Below are positions 36,359-49,711 of a DNA stretch of 61,108 nucleotides, in pieces. The notes under the pieces are model-generated. The model saw nothing but the letters and a program-made list of their open reading frames with translations, did not search any database and had not been told where the DNA came from. The stretch is taken from assembly GCA_023231475.1 (NCBI GenBank), contig JALJEE010000204.1:1-61108 (forward strand). The letters are read 5' to 3'. The position numbers and the translations under genes are program-made. Numbering within the stretch: position 1 is the stretch's first letter; each line of letters begins with the position of its first letter. This DNA comes from Seison nebaliae. Taxonomy: Eukaryota.

Positions 36359-37376
36359 ATGAATTCTTTTCAACCTAATCCTAATTGGCAATCATTGCTT
36401 CAACAATATCCCGGTTTCCAACAAAGCAATGCACCGATATATCAACAACAACCACTCCCTAATCAACAACCTAACGATGTGACTGCTCAAGATTTGGCAT
36501 TAGTTCGTCTATTATTAGAACAATTTCCTACGATTGATCAAGATCGTAATGGACATATCACCATGAACGAATTGGATGCTTTTTTAGAGAGGAATCATTT
36601 AACGATGAACGCTCGTGATAAGGGGAAAATGATGAACGATTTAGATTTGAATAATTCTGGTAGAATCGGTATGAATGAATTACAAAAGTTCTTTCCTAAT
36701 TTTTTCCTGTAATTCTCAAAACTAAATAAGTTTTATTCAGTGGGCAGAGAACCGATTATATTATAGGATGACTAATGTAATGGGAAATAACCAGATGTAT
36801 CTTAATGACTACGCATCTGCTTTAACTAATCTGGGAGAATTTAGTGACACTAAATCTGCCACCAATTATTTGAGAAGTTGGGATAGTTTCGATTGGTCTC
36901 GTCCTTATGCTCCTCATGAATTAAGTACACAATATATTTCTCAGACATATCAACCGAGACAATTTCAATTAAGTGGAGCTGTTCCAAAATATATTAATTA
37001 TGGTGTTAATCCAATGATGCCAGGTGGTGCTCCTGGTGGTGGTGGTTGCATACCTTGTCAACGTGGATTTGCTGCATCTCCTCCTCCAATGCCATATGCT
37101 GCATCTCCTCCTCCAATGCCTTATATTGCACCAATGCCCCAACCAATGCCCCAACCAATGCCCCAACCTATGCCCCAAATGCCTATGCCACAACAGATGC
37201 CATATCAACGACCACCAATGATGCAACCTATGCCATACCAACAACCAGGAATGCAATATCCGAAACCTATATCTCCTTCACCGTATATGATGCCTGTACG
37301 GCCGCCAATATCTCCTCCACCACAACCCGGTTATGGCGGTTGCAACACCTGTCCTCATCAGATGCCTCGCTATTAA
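36359..37376 (+). CDS. EF-hand pair protein with a Pro/Met/Gln-rich C-terminus (2 exons)
   Basis: EF loops DQDRNGHITMNE and DLNNSGRIGMNE. Intron 36688-36730 joins it to the PMPQ-rich ORF. Confidence 0.75.
37071..37190 (+). repeat. Coding tandem repeats (27-nt AASPPPMPY x2; 12-nt PMPQ x~4)
   Basis: gctgcatctcctcctccaatgcc is duplicated, followed by tandem ccaatgccccaa units. Confidence 0.8.
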
Positions 37377-38405
37377 TTATTATCAATAAATATTGATGTA
37401 TAAGAGGTCGTATAACATAATGAAATTTTTTATCGAACTAAATTTTTTGGACGTTATACAACTTTTCTTTCCTTCATTTTTATTTAATATCTTTCTTCTC
37501 CAGACTAGTCGGTTTTTAAATATTGTTAAATAAATATGAAGTTCGTATAAGAAAGATTGAGTATTTGAGAAGAAAATTAAAAAAACATTCAGAGATTGAG
37601 TGCTATTGCAGTAAAACGAATCAGAATAAAAATAATTGATTAATGAAATAAATATAATGAAGTTGAAGATCACTAATAATTTTTAATAACAGAGATGGTC
37701 GGATAGATCAGTGGTTTCAGATATTAAAAGATAACTCTTAGATAAGAGAGAGAAATCATCTGCAAAACGGAAGTCCTCTATTTTCGATAATAGCATCGTT
37801 TCATCTTTGTAGATAGTACAAGGGTATTTGGAGCACAGTAAGTAGAGGAATTTCAAACCCATGAAGTAATCAGCCTATAAAAAAAAGACAATATCATGTA
37901 GGCTAAATAGGTTTTGGTTATTATATAACAATTATATAACAATCAGATATTTGCAAACCCCCAATAATCTATATATGGTATATATGCTTCCGCTCTTACC
38001 AACATAAGATCGTTCTAATTATGTACAGGTAAGTCGTTTATCGTCATAAAGCAGAAGTGAAAATGACATTGTCCTTCCTTACTTTTTTGGTTTTTCGTTA
38101 ACTTCCTATTTTTTCGAACTGAATAAAGAAATATTGTTCGAATAAACTACTTTTCAATCCATGTTGGATGTTCTCGTCAGCAGGACAAGTCAGCGTTCGT
38201 TCGTTAGAACTAGTATCGTTAGCGACATTGACGTCCACTACCTAATACCTAATAATCAGCCAAGCAAATAATTTCATTCCAAATTTCACTTCTACCTACA
38301 CATTTACATCATTAAAATTATCTGTATCTACTGGAAATACATATACGTGAATTTACTCTTTTTCCAAACGAAACTTGTTGAATCATTCTATGTACCAGTC
38401 AAATC

Positions 38406-41189
38406 TCACTCGTGTTTTTTTTCTAACACCGGACAATTGAAAATTCTATAACTAACCTCATCGACATAATACCCAAGAATGTTCTCTTCGTAAGTAATTG
38501 GTGTTGTTTTCTTTGGACCCATTTGAAAATTTATCCCAGTTTTAATAAAAATAGCAGTTTGCAAAATGTCGTCTGTAAAAGGATCTTTCTTACCTAACAA
38601 ACAACTTCGAGCTACATAAAACAAGTCGGTTTTATCGGTATAGTAAGGTTCATAGGGAATATAATGGTGTTTTATATCGTTATAAGGTTTCCCATCTGTG
38701 TGAAATGAAAAGGAATGAGAAGTAAAAATTCAAGAAACTTGCCAAAGTGTCACAAAGTTTTCCAGTAACACCCAAGTGGCATTTACATTCCGAATAGGGC
38801 GATTCAAATAACTGCAATTTGAAGAGAGTTAACTCATCAACACACATTTCATTTACTAATGGAAGTAATAATTTAAAAATTTTAATGTAAAAAAAAACTG
38901 TTTTGACAATATCCTGAACCGTCATCTTGTTGATGCTCCTGACAAATACAATCTCCAGTACCTGGGTCAAATTTTTTTCCCCCACAATCTTTTGACGGTT
39001 TCTCTACAACTTCCAACAGAGAACTGATATCAGGTTGCGATAATTGAAAACCAAATTCTTTCATCATTTCCTCATAAAGGTCTTTGGAAGTACATTTGTC
39101 ACCCGTGAAGCCACTGAAACACAGACAAGTAGTTCTATAAGTTAGGCTTTCAACAGTTCCCTCTGTTATAGTGACACATTCACCCTGGTTACACGATGAA
39201 TCGTCACATAACGCTCGAATGGAATATTAAATGATGCTTTTCTTTTTAAAGTCAAGAAAACAGTTTACTTCACATTGGTTTCCGCTAGTATGCTCGGGAC
39301 ACTCACAACTAAGATTGATACCGGTTTCTATACATTTGCCTCCGTTATAACATACAAAAGATTGTTCTTGACATTTCACTTCAGTTGAATTGTCTCCTTA
39401 AAACGGAGAATAAATTAAATTATTTCTTTTTAGATTGAACCTTTAAATTCACAATTTTGACCAAAAAACTCCCCCGCACATTCACACTTGTAGTCAACGC
39501 CATTTTCCAATGATATACAATTTCCTTCATTCATACACAACTCCGGCACTTTAGCACAAACTATAAGAGATTTGTGATTACAAGAGAAATTAAAGTATTG
39601 AAAAACCGTTTTCAGAACAAGTATCACCAAATAGATGATTAGGACATATACATTTGTCACCAACAGCATAACCACCCCCCTCACATTTAACTCCAGTGAT
39701 CGTTTCGGAAGAATGTTGGCCTAATATAAATGACATGGAAATCATTCTGGGAATTGTAATTACAATTTCTCGTTATATCTCCTCTTCCTCGACGCTTCCA
39801 AGGCATTTGATTCTGTTAATGTCTCCTGTGCTTTGGATTATCTGGAGCATCAAGGTGTTCAATCCTCAATTTCTCTTCCATCTTTCTCAGAACTCTTCTG
39901 AACGCGTCGTTCATGGTGACAACTTCTATACAATCCTATCCTAATCAATTCAGCTGTTCGTCAAGGTTATTCTTGGATCTTGGATTCCAATGAATGAACA
40001 CTAAATGAATATAACAGGATTGCTAGTGACGATGTATTATTTCCTCATGTTATGATATATGCCAATGACTTTGTGATTATGCATCGTTCCCTTCGATGAA
40101 CTTCTCGCCTTCTCGCGGGAAGAGGGATCTCTATCAACGAATCGAAATGCTGGCTACTTTCGACCAGTAAGCTTTCTTTCCCAAATATTCTTCTACCCTC
40201 TACCTCCCAAACTTTCCCAAACTTCTACCACTATCTTCCTAAGTTCGCTGATCGATATGCTGTTACTTTCCACATCAGCTCTCGACCCTATCCGTAATAA
40301 ATTCTGCAAAATTTTTTTCTCCTTCTCTCCTAAATCTAAATTCTTTCCGTTGAAAATCCGTCTTTCACTATTCAGGAGTATAGTGCTTCTATCTATACTC
40401 TCTAGAGATCATCTTCCTATGCTCTCATCGTTCGTACTTGTCGTTCGCTATCAATCGATCATGATTTCCTCGATAAATTACGACATTATATAGGCATCAT
40501 TTTTTATCCCGACGGGAATTCTAACTAAATAAATTAAATTAAATATCGATATGATTAATAGGAAATGAATTCACATAATTCTTAAAGAGATTAATTCACT
40601 AACAATTCTTCCCAGTAAATCCATCAGCACAACTACAAGAGTAAAGCAGAGTATTATCATCTTTAGAACATGTGCCACCATTATGACATCGGAGAGTATT
40701 ACAATTCAGAAGACTTAATGCAATATTACTATTTAAACAAACGGGTACACATTCCATTCCATTCGATTTCAATTCACAATATCCACCAATACAAAATTTA
40801 TGATCACAGTTTGTATTTATTGGTTTACTACAATCAATACCTGTATAACATTCGTCACATACACATTTCATGCACATTATATCTCGCGGTGGTTTTCGAC
40901 CAACTTCTTCATATTTCACTCTTATCGATACTCGATCTTTGTACGAACGGTTTAAGCAATGACCATTTACGCATTTGATTTTCTTATTCCCATAACACAC
41001 TAATGATAATTTAATAAATAATTTTTAAGAAGAAATAATACCATATTGATCTAAGCAATTTTTTCCGGAGAAACAACCTTCGGGACAAATGCAGTCTCCA
41101 GTTTCTTTATCTATCTTGCAACTTTCGCGCATGTAGTCATTGCAACATATTAAATTGAAGAAGAATAAGGGTAATATGAATTTTATCAT
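38406..41189 (-). CDS. Secreted multi-EGF-repeat protein (at least 8 exons; 3' end unclear, possibly to ~37683 or decayed)
   Basis: Signal peptide MIKFILPLFFFNLICC and repeated EGF motifs (CHNGGTC..CSCADGFTGKNC, CMNEGNC..CECAGEFFGQNC, CYNGGKC..CECP...GNQC, CNQGEC..CLCFSGFTGDKC). Confidence 0.75.
39765..40543 (+). mobile_element. 5'-truncated, internally deleted LINE (RT remnant plus 3' end), antisense inside EGF-gene intron 39721-40603
   Basis: Translates to LFLDASKAFDSVN (RT domain 3), SAVRQG (domain 4), ASDD (domain 5-like) and GISINESKC (domain 6), with stops. Ends tttatcccgacgggaattctaactaaataaattaaattaaa. Confidence 0.8.
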
Positions 41190-41521
41190 TATGAAAATGT
41201 GGAATATTTTAGAAGATTCCGTTTCAACCGGTAGAGTTTTTATAGGACGAAAACTGTAAATTTCACAACTCCTTCCCAACTATTTCAAAGAGACAGACTT
41301 ATGAAGTTAGGGGAAAATATACAAGGGATGACTAAACAATTTTGATAAATAATTCAAATATCTCACAATACATTCCTTACATATTTAAATTTTCATTTAT
41401 TTCACATATTCAATATTACGTATATTTCCTTCCACTGTTGGTTAATGTTGGTTTTATTCTAAACTCCAATTTGATAATTTGAAAAAAATTCATTCAAAAA
41501 AATTTTATTTTATAAAAAGAA

Positions 41522-43590
41522 TTATTCTTTTGATTTTTGAACGATATTTCTCATTAGAAGTTTGGCTGACTTTGTCAAATTCTTTTCGTCCTCTTCGTCT
41601 TGAATACAACTCTTCCAATCGCTTTTCTTCTCATCAATCTTCAGTAAATCACAACAAATAATTCTAATGTAAGAGAGAAAAGGGTATTAGGTAGAAGTGA
41701 TTGATAAGCAGAAACCTTCCTAATTGAAGAGGAAAATTTTTATTCATCTCATTCTTCCAATGTAAGTTAATCATCAAATGTTTCTTCCCATTAATTTGAA
41801 GATGAAAATAAAATTTACTGAAAAATGTTTCATGGTCGATATCATCTCTCCTTTTCGTTTGTAATACAAATTCTCTTTGACTCTCATAATATTCCGACAT
41901 ATAGTTAGCAAATGTCGTCGTCACAGTGAGTGGTTGTAAGTCGACTTCGAATTTATCTCGACAAATCTTCAAAATTCTCTTTTCAATTTCATCTTCGGTC
42001 AATTCGGGACATTTGACAACTGGTACAAATTGAACTTGGAAATGATAAGATTTTAATGATCTCTCGAAGAATATACAATGATGTGTCTTATCTAATAAAT
42101 GGAATGAATATTATTCGAAAGTTATTAAAACTATAATAATTGATCAATTTTAATTTGGTGCATTCTAATTCATCAATGATTTCTTGTTCACTAAATGCGG
42201 ACGATGACAAATGTTTGATTGGCATAAGAAGCCAATGCTCTTCACATAATTGTCCTTTCGCCAATGCCATATAAATCTGAAAATTTGAGAGATATGAGAA
42301 AATGAAAGAAATAATTGTAACGCTAATACCCAAATGGAATATGAGATGCTTCTCCACCATTGGAGAACTTAAACAGAACCAACAATTTTCTATAAAGACA
42401 CAAAATATTGATCGATAAGAAAACAATTTTAACGTTGACTATCGGAATGGTCGGCTTTCCGTTTTGAGTGTGATATTAACGGTTCATAATTCTTTCTGAT
42501 CATTTGAATTTCTTCTTTTTCTTTCGTTTTCTCTTCTTTTGTCGTTTGAGTGGAATCGAAGAAATATTGATCATTTGAAATAGTTTCATTAGATGTTAAT
42601 AATTCGAACTAGAATAAAAAATAAATTTCTTTTAATAATAAATAAAGAACAGTCTTGTTACATCTCATTACACGATTAATATCAAATGGATTTGGTGTTG
42701 GACAATTTGATGAGATATTCAATTGTTTCTCTTCTAGATTGATAGTGAAAGCATATATAGCCTGAACATTTGAATTTGAGAGAAGAGATAAATTTTAAGA
42801 ACTTTTCTTTTTTCTTCATTATTTAACGATGCTAAAGAAATGAATCGAGTATAAACATTTGACGTTCTTTCATCATTCGCTCTAAAAATAAAAAAAATTT
42901 GAGAAATTCAAAAAGAAATCTAAACGAAAAAAATGGAATTCTTTCCCAATAAACATTCCGTCCTGATACGAAATGATATTGTGGAGAGAGATTGATTAAT
43001 AATCGAGCAATAAGATCTGATCCTTTTTCTTCCACAAAATCCAAATTAATCGATTCATCGATCTATTTGAAAAAGAGAAGTAAAAGAAATGAATAAAAAT
43101 TAAAACTGTCGTTCCATTATCAATGTATCGTGGCCAATCTGTAGTCAGTAGGAGATGAATCGAATTATAAATTGATGAATCTTCTTCCAATTTCCGAATT
43201 TGTTCAATATCATATTGAGACTTATGTTCCAATCCATCTAAATAAGCTACAATTAATCCAGAGGCACATTTCAAAATTCCGTTATTTGTCAAAAGTATGA
43301 TATTGTCAGCGATTTCCATATTATGATGAATGGATTGTGAGGAGAGAGCGATGATGTATGTCATTAATGGAGCCTCCTCACTTTGTAATTGTTCGATCAA
43401 TTGTGAGAGTGACGATTCCTTCTCGTTATATGATTCCCCCACACAAAAAAGGAGATCGAACGAATTTTTCTTCATTAACCGTCTTACTTTTTTAAATAAG
43501 AAATTAAATTGATTCTTTACATCTCCAACCACTAAACTATAAAAGGAAGATGAATAAGTGAATGCTTTCGTTAAATTATAACATTCTCAT
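41522..43590 (-). CDS. CWF19L1: CWF19-like protein 1 (10 exons)
   Basis: MRILVVGDV..FDLLFCVG, LLLTTDWP, PQYHF..YWERIPF, TRFISLA, CWFCLSSPMVEKHLI, YMALAKG.L.EEH.LLMPIKH and FPLQLGR. Confidence 0.92.
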
Positions 43591-43754
43591 ATTTTGTTGA
43601 TCGAAAAGAAAATCAAATCTTCGAATTTTATAAAAAACTCAGTTCTAACATAAAGAATATAAAGAGTATATATATAGATAAATTAGGAAAATATCGACTT
43701 AAAATTCAATGAGAAATTTTAAAAATATTTTTTATGGAATTTAATTTGTGAACA

Positions 43755-45462
43755 TCATGATGACTTTTTATCGTCATTCTCCATACTTATCGTGTGGTTA
43801 ATTGTCCAATGATGGAGGGCCTTCCTATCAAGTATCTCGATAGTTCTCCTACCCCAACCAATAAGCCAAACACTTCCAATCATTGTACAAATGAAAGTTA
43901 GAACGAAATATCCATCCATCCATTTCTTACATTTTCCGCCCATCATTTCACATTGTCTCCGTTGAAGTGGAAAGAGACAAAGTGTTGATTCCATTCTATC
44001 AATTTCACATTCGTCAATTTGCATCATTTCAATTAAATAGAGACTTATCGTCGACCATAATGAACCACCTAAAAAGAAATGTTCATATTTTCCTCAAATA
44101 ATTTAACCTAAATTTGAGATGGTGTTCAATAAAGTCATATTTGTTCCACCAATACTCGAATCCGACACTTTAGCAAAGAAGGCCATATGACAAACAAACA
44201 TAATATAGAGGAAGACCTAAATTCAACGAGTATTAAAAAAGTGAAAGAAGTAGAATAACTTGATGTACAGCAAAAATGCTGATAAGATAACCATAAAATG
44301 AAAATGGATAATCAAATTTTTCAGAATTTGTAGAATTCGTTGAATTGAGATTCATGATAATATCATCATTCGTCGAAATATCAACTCTCCACATCGGAAC
44401 TGAATAGATCATCAAAATGATGACTATTCCCATAAATAATCGACCAGCAATAGCCATTGAATAAATTCTCATAGGACGTTCATTGGCCGTATAACGAGAA
44501 ATGCAAAATGGAAGTAAGATTTGTATTGGAGTTAAAACGACCGCGAATAATGCCAATTTTTCTTTTGGTACTCCCAATTCAATCAATTCTAATCCCGTCA
44601 ACGCATCAGTTGCTGCAAAGCCAATTTTCACCGTTAACAGGAAAATAATAAATTTCGTCATTGAAGGTAATTTGCAGATTTCCCACAAAATTTTATATAA
44701 ACCCCAAATCGATTGATTTTCAATTGTCATCAATTCACGTTCGTCATTCTTTTCTTGTTTGATCATAGCAATGAGAGTGGTCGATATGAGAAAGAGTAAT
44801 CCACAATAATACATGAAAGATGATAATGTTAAAATTCCTTGAGATGACGATGGTAAATTGAAGAAAGGCCTGACATAATTATTAGAGAAACTGACAGATT
44901 CGAGAGCCAAAAATAAAACATTTCCGATGAAATATCCTGCCGTCTGTCCAACCGAATTACACGTTGACGCCCAACCGACATTCTCTCTAAAAAAAAGGAA
45001 ATTGAAAACCGATAATGAAGGGAAGAAAAGATACCTGGACAACATCGTTAACGCCCAACCATCCACGACGATATCTTGAGTTGCCGCACCGAACGTCAAG
45101 AGAATGAAAAACATTGTTAAAATTTTGATATTAGGAGAAGAATTCATTTCGTTTTCAGCGTTCAAATATTTTGTAATAATTCTCGACAAGATCAAAAAGG
45201 TAAATCCGATAGCATATTGAACTGGAATCAACCACGATTTTCTGCGACCGAACTTCTTCCAATATATCCCATCGATTATCGGAGCCCACAATAATTTGAG
45301 ACTGAATGGCCAAAATACAAAGCTGAAGATTGCTTGACTACTGAACGATGTATGTTGCGATTGTAGAATATAAGGAATACTCGCTGCTAAGCCAAGTGGT
45401 ATGCCTTGTAAGATGTAGAGGAACATTAACCAGCAAATACTCTTCTTGTCATTCACTTCCAT
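43755..45462 (-). CDS. SLC33A1: Acetyl-CoA transporter 1 (4 exons)
   Basis: LYILQGIPLGL, WPFSLKLLWAPIID, GRRKSWLIPVQY, ATQDIVVDGWALTML, ASTCNSVGQTAG and SIGGTNMTLLNTISNLGG. Confidence 0.95.
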
Positions 45463-46119
45463 TTTGAGATAGAGTCAAATTTAATATGTTTCTCTTGTCG
45501 ATTTCACAATTATGGAATGTCACATATGGTAATATCTAATACCAAAATGCACAATAAGAAGAGGCTAATTGTTTAAATAAGGAAAAAGAACGTGAGAAAT
45601 ACTTATCGACAATTGAAAAAAATCTGAAATTAGCAAGAAAAGGAGATGAAGTGTCATCGTTTGGAAAAAATCTTTGAATGAAAATTCAAAAAAGATTTCA
45701 AAATAATCAAATCATCTAATTAGCAGTTGAAGATACATTGACATTAAATATCATTAGAAAATTACACGAAGATAATTTCAATTTGGATAATTAAATATCT
45801 TTTTTCCAAATCCATCATAGTGGGAAAGCAACTATCAGCACAAATAGAACATCGCTAGTAAAATATTATAAACAGGATAAGAAAAATTTCAGTTTATATA
45901 TAATTTGTTGTTTAATTTTTTTAACAAAATTTGATGTAATCATCATAGATGATATTCTTGTTTTTTCTCATAATAACTACACATTTCAGATTCCATTTTA
46001 ACATTAAAATATTTTCTAATTCGCAAGTTTAACTTTCGCCCAAACAATTTTAATTTATTGATTTGTATCAGAATCAATTCCGTACATAATTATTATTGAT
46101 CAATCGTCCGGGGAATTTG

Positions 46120-46860
46120 TTATTTATTAGTTAAAATTCCCGTCGGGATAAACATGAAAAAAAAAGAAAAAAAATTACTGTCATCCTCTGTGTCAATAAA
46201 AAGGCGTAATTGATCGAAGGAATCGCGGTGGATAGGTAGAGTGGAGGTGAAATCGTATGTGGAGATAAAATTTTTTAAATCCTTAAAAAAATGTTCCGAG
46301 AAATCGAAAACTAATCGAAAAAACCCTACAGAATTTGTTTCGGATACGATCGAGAGCAGCTGAGGAAAAGGACCCCATATCGATCAACGAGCCAAGGAAG
46401 ATAATAGAAGAAGAGAGAAGAATGTTAGATAACGAACGATTACCAGTTGAGAGCAACCAGCATTTTGATTCGTTATTAGCAATCCCTCTTTCAGCAAGAA
46501 GACGAGATGCACGTAGATACGATTTCTTCAAATATATTTCTTTGGAAATGGTTACTGGAGCAATCATCGTGAACAACGCATCGAGGGGAATTGCAGGATT
46601 GATTAACAAGATATTTGAGGATGGGTTATGAGACGAGTTGACGCACCCTACCATACAAAATTTTTAACTGTAACGTTACTGGTATGGAAAAAGTCTGTAG
46701 AAACAAGTGCGTTGATCGTAACGTTGATTAAGGGTTATTGTAAACAGAAAATCAACTCAACACGAAAAACATATGTTCATAAGAGCATAAGATGAAACAG
46801 GCATAACATTACCTTGTGCACAAGGTAATCAAAAGCATAAGAAACGCTAACGGAATCCTG
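46120..46860 (-). mobile_element. Second decayed copy of the same LINE family
   Basis: Minus strand encodes DSVSVSYAFDYLVHK, ERGIANNESKCWLLSTG, IFLGSLID and ALDRIRNKFC, all homologous to 39765-40543, and ends in the same tttatcccgacgggaatt.taacta sequence. Confidence 0.78.
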
Positions 46861-47546
46861 GGAAAAATAATAATGAGATCTTTTCCAACAAGTATAATAG
46901 AAGAAGCAGAAGAAGCAAAATAAATTTATTTTTTGAAGAGAAAGAGAAGTATTTGCACAATTGTTTTTAAATATGATCTAGCAAATGATCTTGTAAGATG
47001 ACTTGACAAATAAAGATCGAAAATTACAAATTATAATTAATAAATAATATAAATATGAATAATAAAAATATAATAAATATAATAATAAGAAATTAATAGT
47101 GTATATTATTATATTTTATATATAACATATAATAATATATTATATTATATATACATATATATATAATAATATAGAGTTTCTCTTTAAGAAACTCCTCCAA
47201 ATATACTAATTTTGTTAATATGTATGAGAAAACGTTCTTGGCGATAATTAGAATTTTTTCATCTTTTTTACTAAATATACTATAAACTATCTTCCGTGAA
47301 ATCATTGAAGTAAAAAAGAAAAAGTAAAAATCTGCCTTTTCGTCATTTAATAAAACCAATTATAGTTGAAATTTTCGATTATAATTTTCACATAAAACTT
47401 TAGTTGCATTCAATCAATTTTTAAGTTGAGATAATGTTTCATTATATCTCTCATTATTTACTTTTGTTCTACGTATTACCCAGACGTATATTGACAAGTA
47501 ATCAAACATCATGTATCTTATTACAAAAGAGTAATTTTTTGGGGAA

Positions 47547-48945
47547 ATGGATAAAGTGGGAAGATTTGTCTCCTTGTCAAAACGATTATGTTTGGTCTTG
47601 TGTATATTGTTAGTTTCTTTGTTGAGAAATCGGTTCACCAACTTTACATGTAGTTCAAATGTATCAGGCTCATTTCTCTTATCGAACGATGGCCCACGAG
47701 AAATGCCAGAGAAATGTAACGATAATTAAATCTTTAGATCTCAAATCCATTTCTTGCCAACTTTATAGTAAGATGGAAGATCTTTGTCGATATTCGTGTG
47801 ATGATACAATGAAGTTCAATTTGGATGTTAGTCTTTGAAATTTTAAAATCAAATCATAAAAAATTCTAATTTCAATCGTAGAAATTTCCATCTTTTAATT
47901 TGCAAATCCGTTACGAGATTGATTGATAATTGTAATTATTAAACTTCATTTCAGCCGATTTAAATGAAACAAAAATACATTTCTATATAAAGTTAATATA
48001 TCCTAAAGATGTTTTCTTCTTTTGTCCTGGTCCTGGTGCATCTTCATGTCCTAATGAATTGAAATGTTTTTGTTTAAAATCATGTTAAGATCAATTTTTA
48101 TCTCTTTAAGATCATGTTAACAAGAATCTAGTGAGATTGATCTCGGAGAAGGAGTATGATGTCAATGAAATGAATTGGGTAATAAATAAAATGAATGCAA
48201 TCAGTCATTTTACTTATGTTTGTCGATCATATAATAATAGTATTATAACGGCACCGATAGAATTTATCACACAGAAACTTATCCGTAGAAATATTTCCAT
48301 TACGGTTAAGCACGGGAAACGATGGTCGGAATATGTGAGAATGATTATTCAGAAGAAATATTTTTCGACAGACTTGTGTGCAGATCTTAGTTCGGTTAAT
48401 AGTTCAAACGAGAATCCAACAAATTTTTTCAATTCAATACAAGTTTGTAGAAGAAGAAATTCTCAAGACAAATTGGACAACCATCAAATATGAATACAAT
48501 GATTATATTTATGTAGACAACACACTTTATTGTACTGGATATGTCGCCGTAATGACCATAGTTTAATTACACTTTCATCCAACAAATAATTAATATGTTT
48601 AGGCAAATGAAGAATTGTGGAATGCGTATGATCAATTACAAAATTATTCTTTTAATATTATTCTATTACATAAAAATGCCGAACTAACTGGTTTCCATTA
48701 GTCGAATTTTATATGTATCCAATTTTTTAGTTGGTAACATTTCGAAAGTGTTAAAGAATTCTTCACGTCACATGTATACGGCAGCTGAATCGGCATATAT
48801 TAATTATATGATCGGCATCATAACAATATTCAGTTTTGGACTGATGGCTTTCTTCATGAAACTAATAAAGATCAGGTTAAATTCTTTTAATGATATTAGA
48901 GTAGATTTGAAAATAGTAAGACAAATTGAAAGATTTATATCATAA
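47547..48945 (+). pseudogene. Fragmented putative membrane-protein gene or pseudogene
   Basis: Co-oriented short ORFs with an N-terminal hydrophobic segment and a C-terminal TM (IGIITIFSFGLMAFF). Could not be joined cleanly. Confidence 0.3.
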
Positions 48946-49184
48946 AATGAACAAACATTTTATATGTTTATCATCATAAAATTCATCATAAAATTTTCTA
49001 GATATAATTATATTTCCAAATTGGAAGCGATGGATAAGCGAAGTACTCAGATTTATACCAGTAGTAAAAATCGATATTACATAAGAAACAGTTTAATGAA
49101 TCACAATATGAAAATGAAGTCTGACTGTTCTTAAAACAGAAAGATTTTCTCTTTATAAAAGTTCATTTTATCATCATAAAATTT

Positions 49185-49711
49185 TCATTGTCGATTCATA
49201 AACTTACCATATGTTCCATATTGAGGTATATCTGATTGCTTTTTATAAAAACTTATGATTCCGTCATTGCATTGAGTACATGCATCACAATGGACTGAAT
49301 ACCATCCGTAGCATTGATTCTCAGTTTCGGGAGCACTGGAAAATGAATTTTTATTATATGTTGACTATTATTCGAATTATAACTCTTGTTTCTTACTCGG
49401 TTCCGTATAAAATCTCTTATACATCGTTTCCGTTTTCTCATCATTTTCTCCTCCACCACTACATCCGAAAATTATATATTCCTTCTCTCCATCTTCACTC
49501 ACCAAAGCGTTCATCGGATATGAATTTGGTTTCTCTGAATAATATTCTTTTTTCACATACGGATTTACCTTTTTATCATTATTTTTACATCGATTATAAA
49601 AGAATATATAACTGTGTAATTCAAATCAGCCACTTTTATTTGCTGTTCCATCTTTTCAACCATTTCAGCATAAACGCTTTTTGCCAATGTCTCATGTTTC
49701 AATTTGTCCAT
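49185..49711 (-). CDS. FAM183/CFAP144-like ciliary protein (3 exons, 144 aa)
   Basis: Not in the ORF track. Removing introns 49569-49612 and 49336-49383 gives ...LNYTVNPYVKKEYYSEKPNS...PSKKQDAPETENQCYGW...SFYKKQSDIPQY, matching the recalled FAM183 motifs (YxVNP, KPxS, TENQExGW, SDIxxY). Confidence 0.75.

Noticed and set aside
46103..46149. Inverted repeat suggesting two tail-to-tail LINE ends
   Set aside because: Only an 8-bp match (GGGAATTT) and 11/16 identity, with no LINE body on the left.
47030..47172. Nearly pure A/T tract as an origin or satellite
   Set aside because: Low-complexity sequence with no regular period; nothing supports a function.
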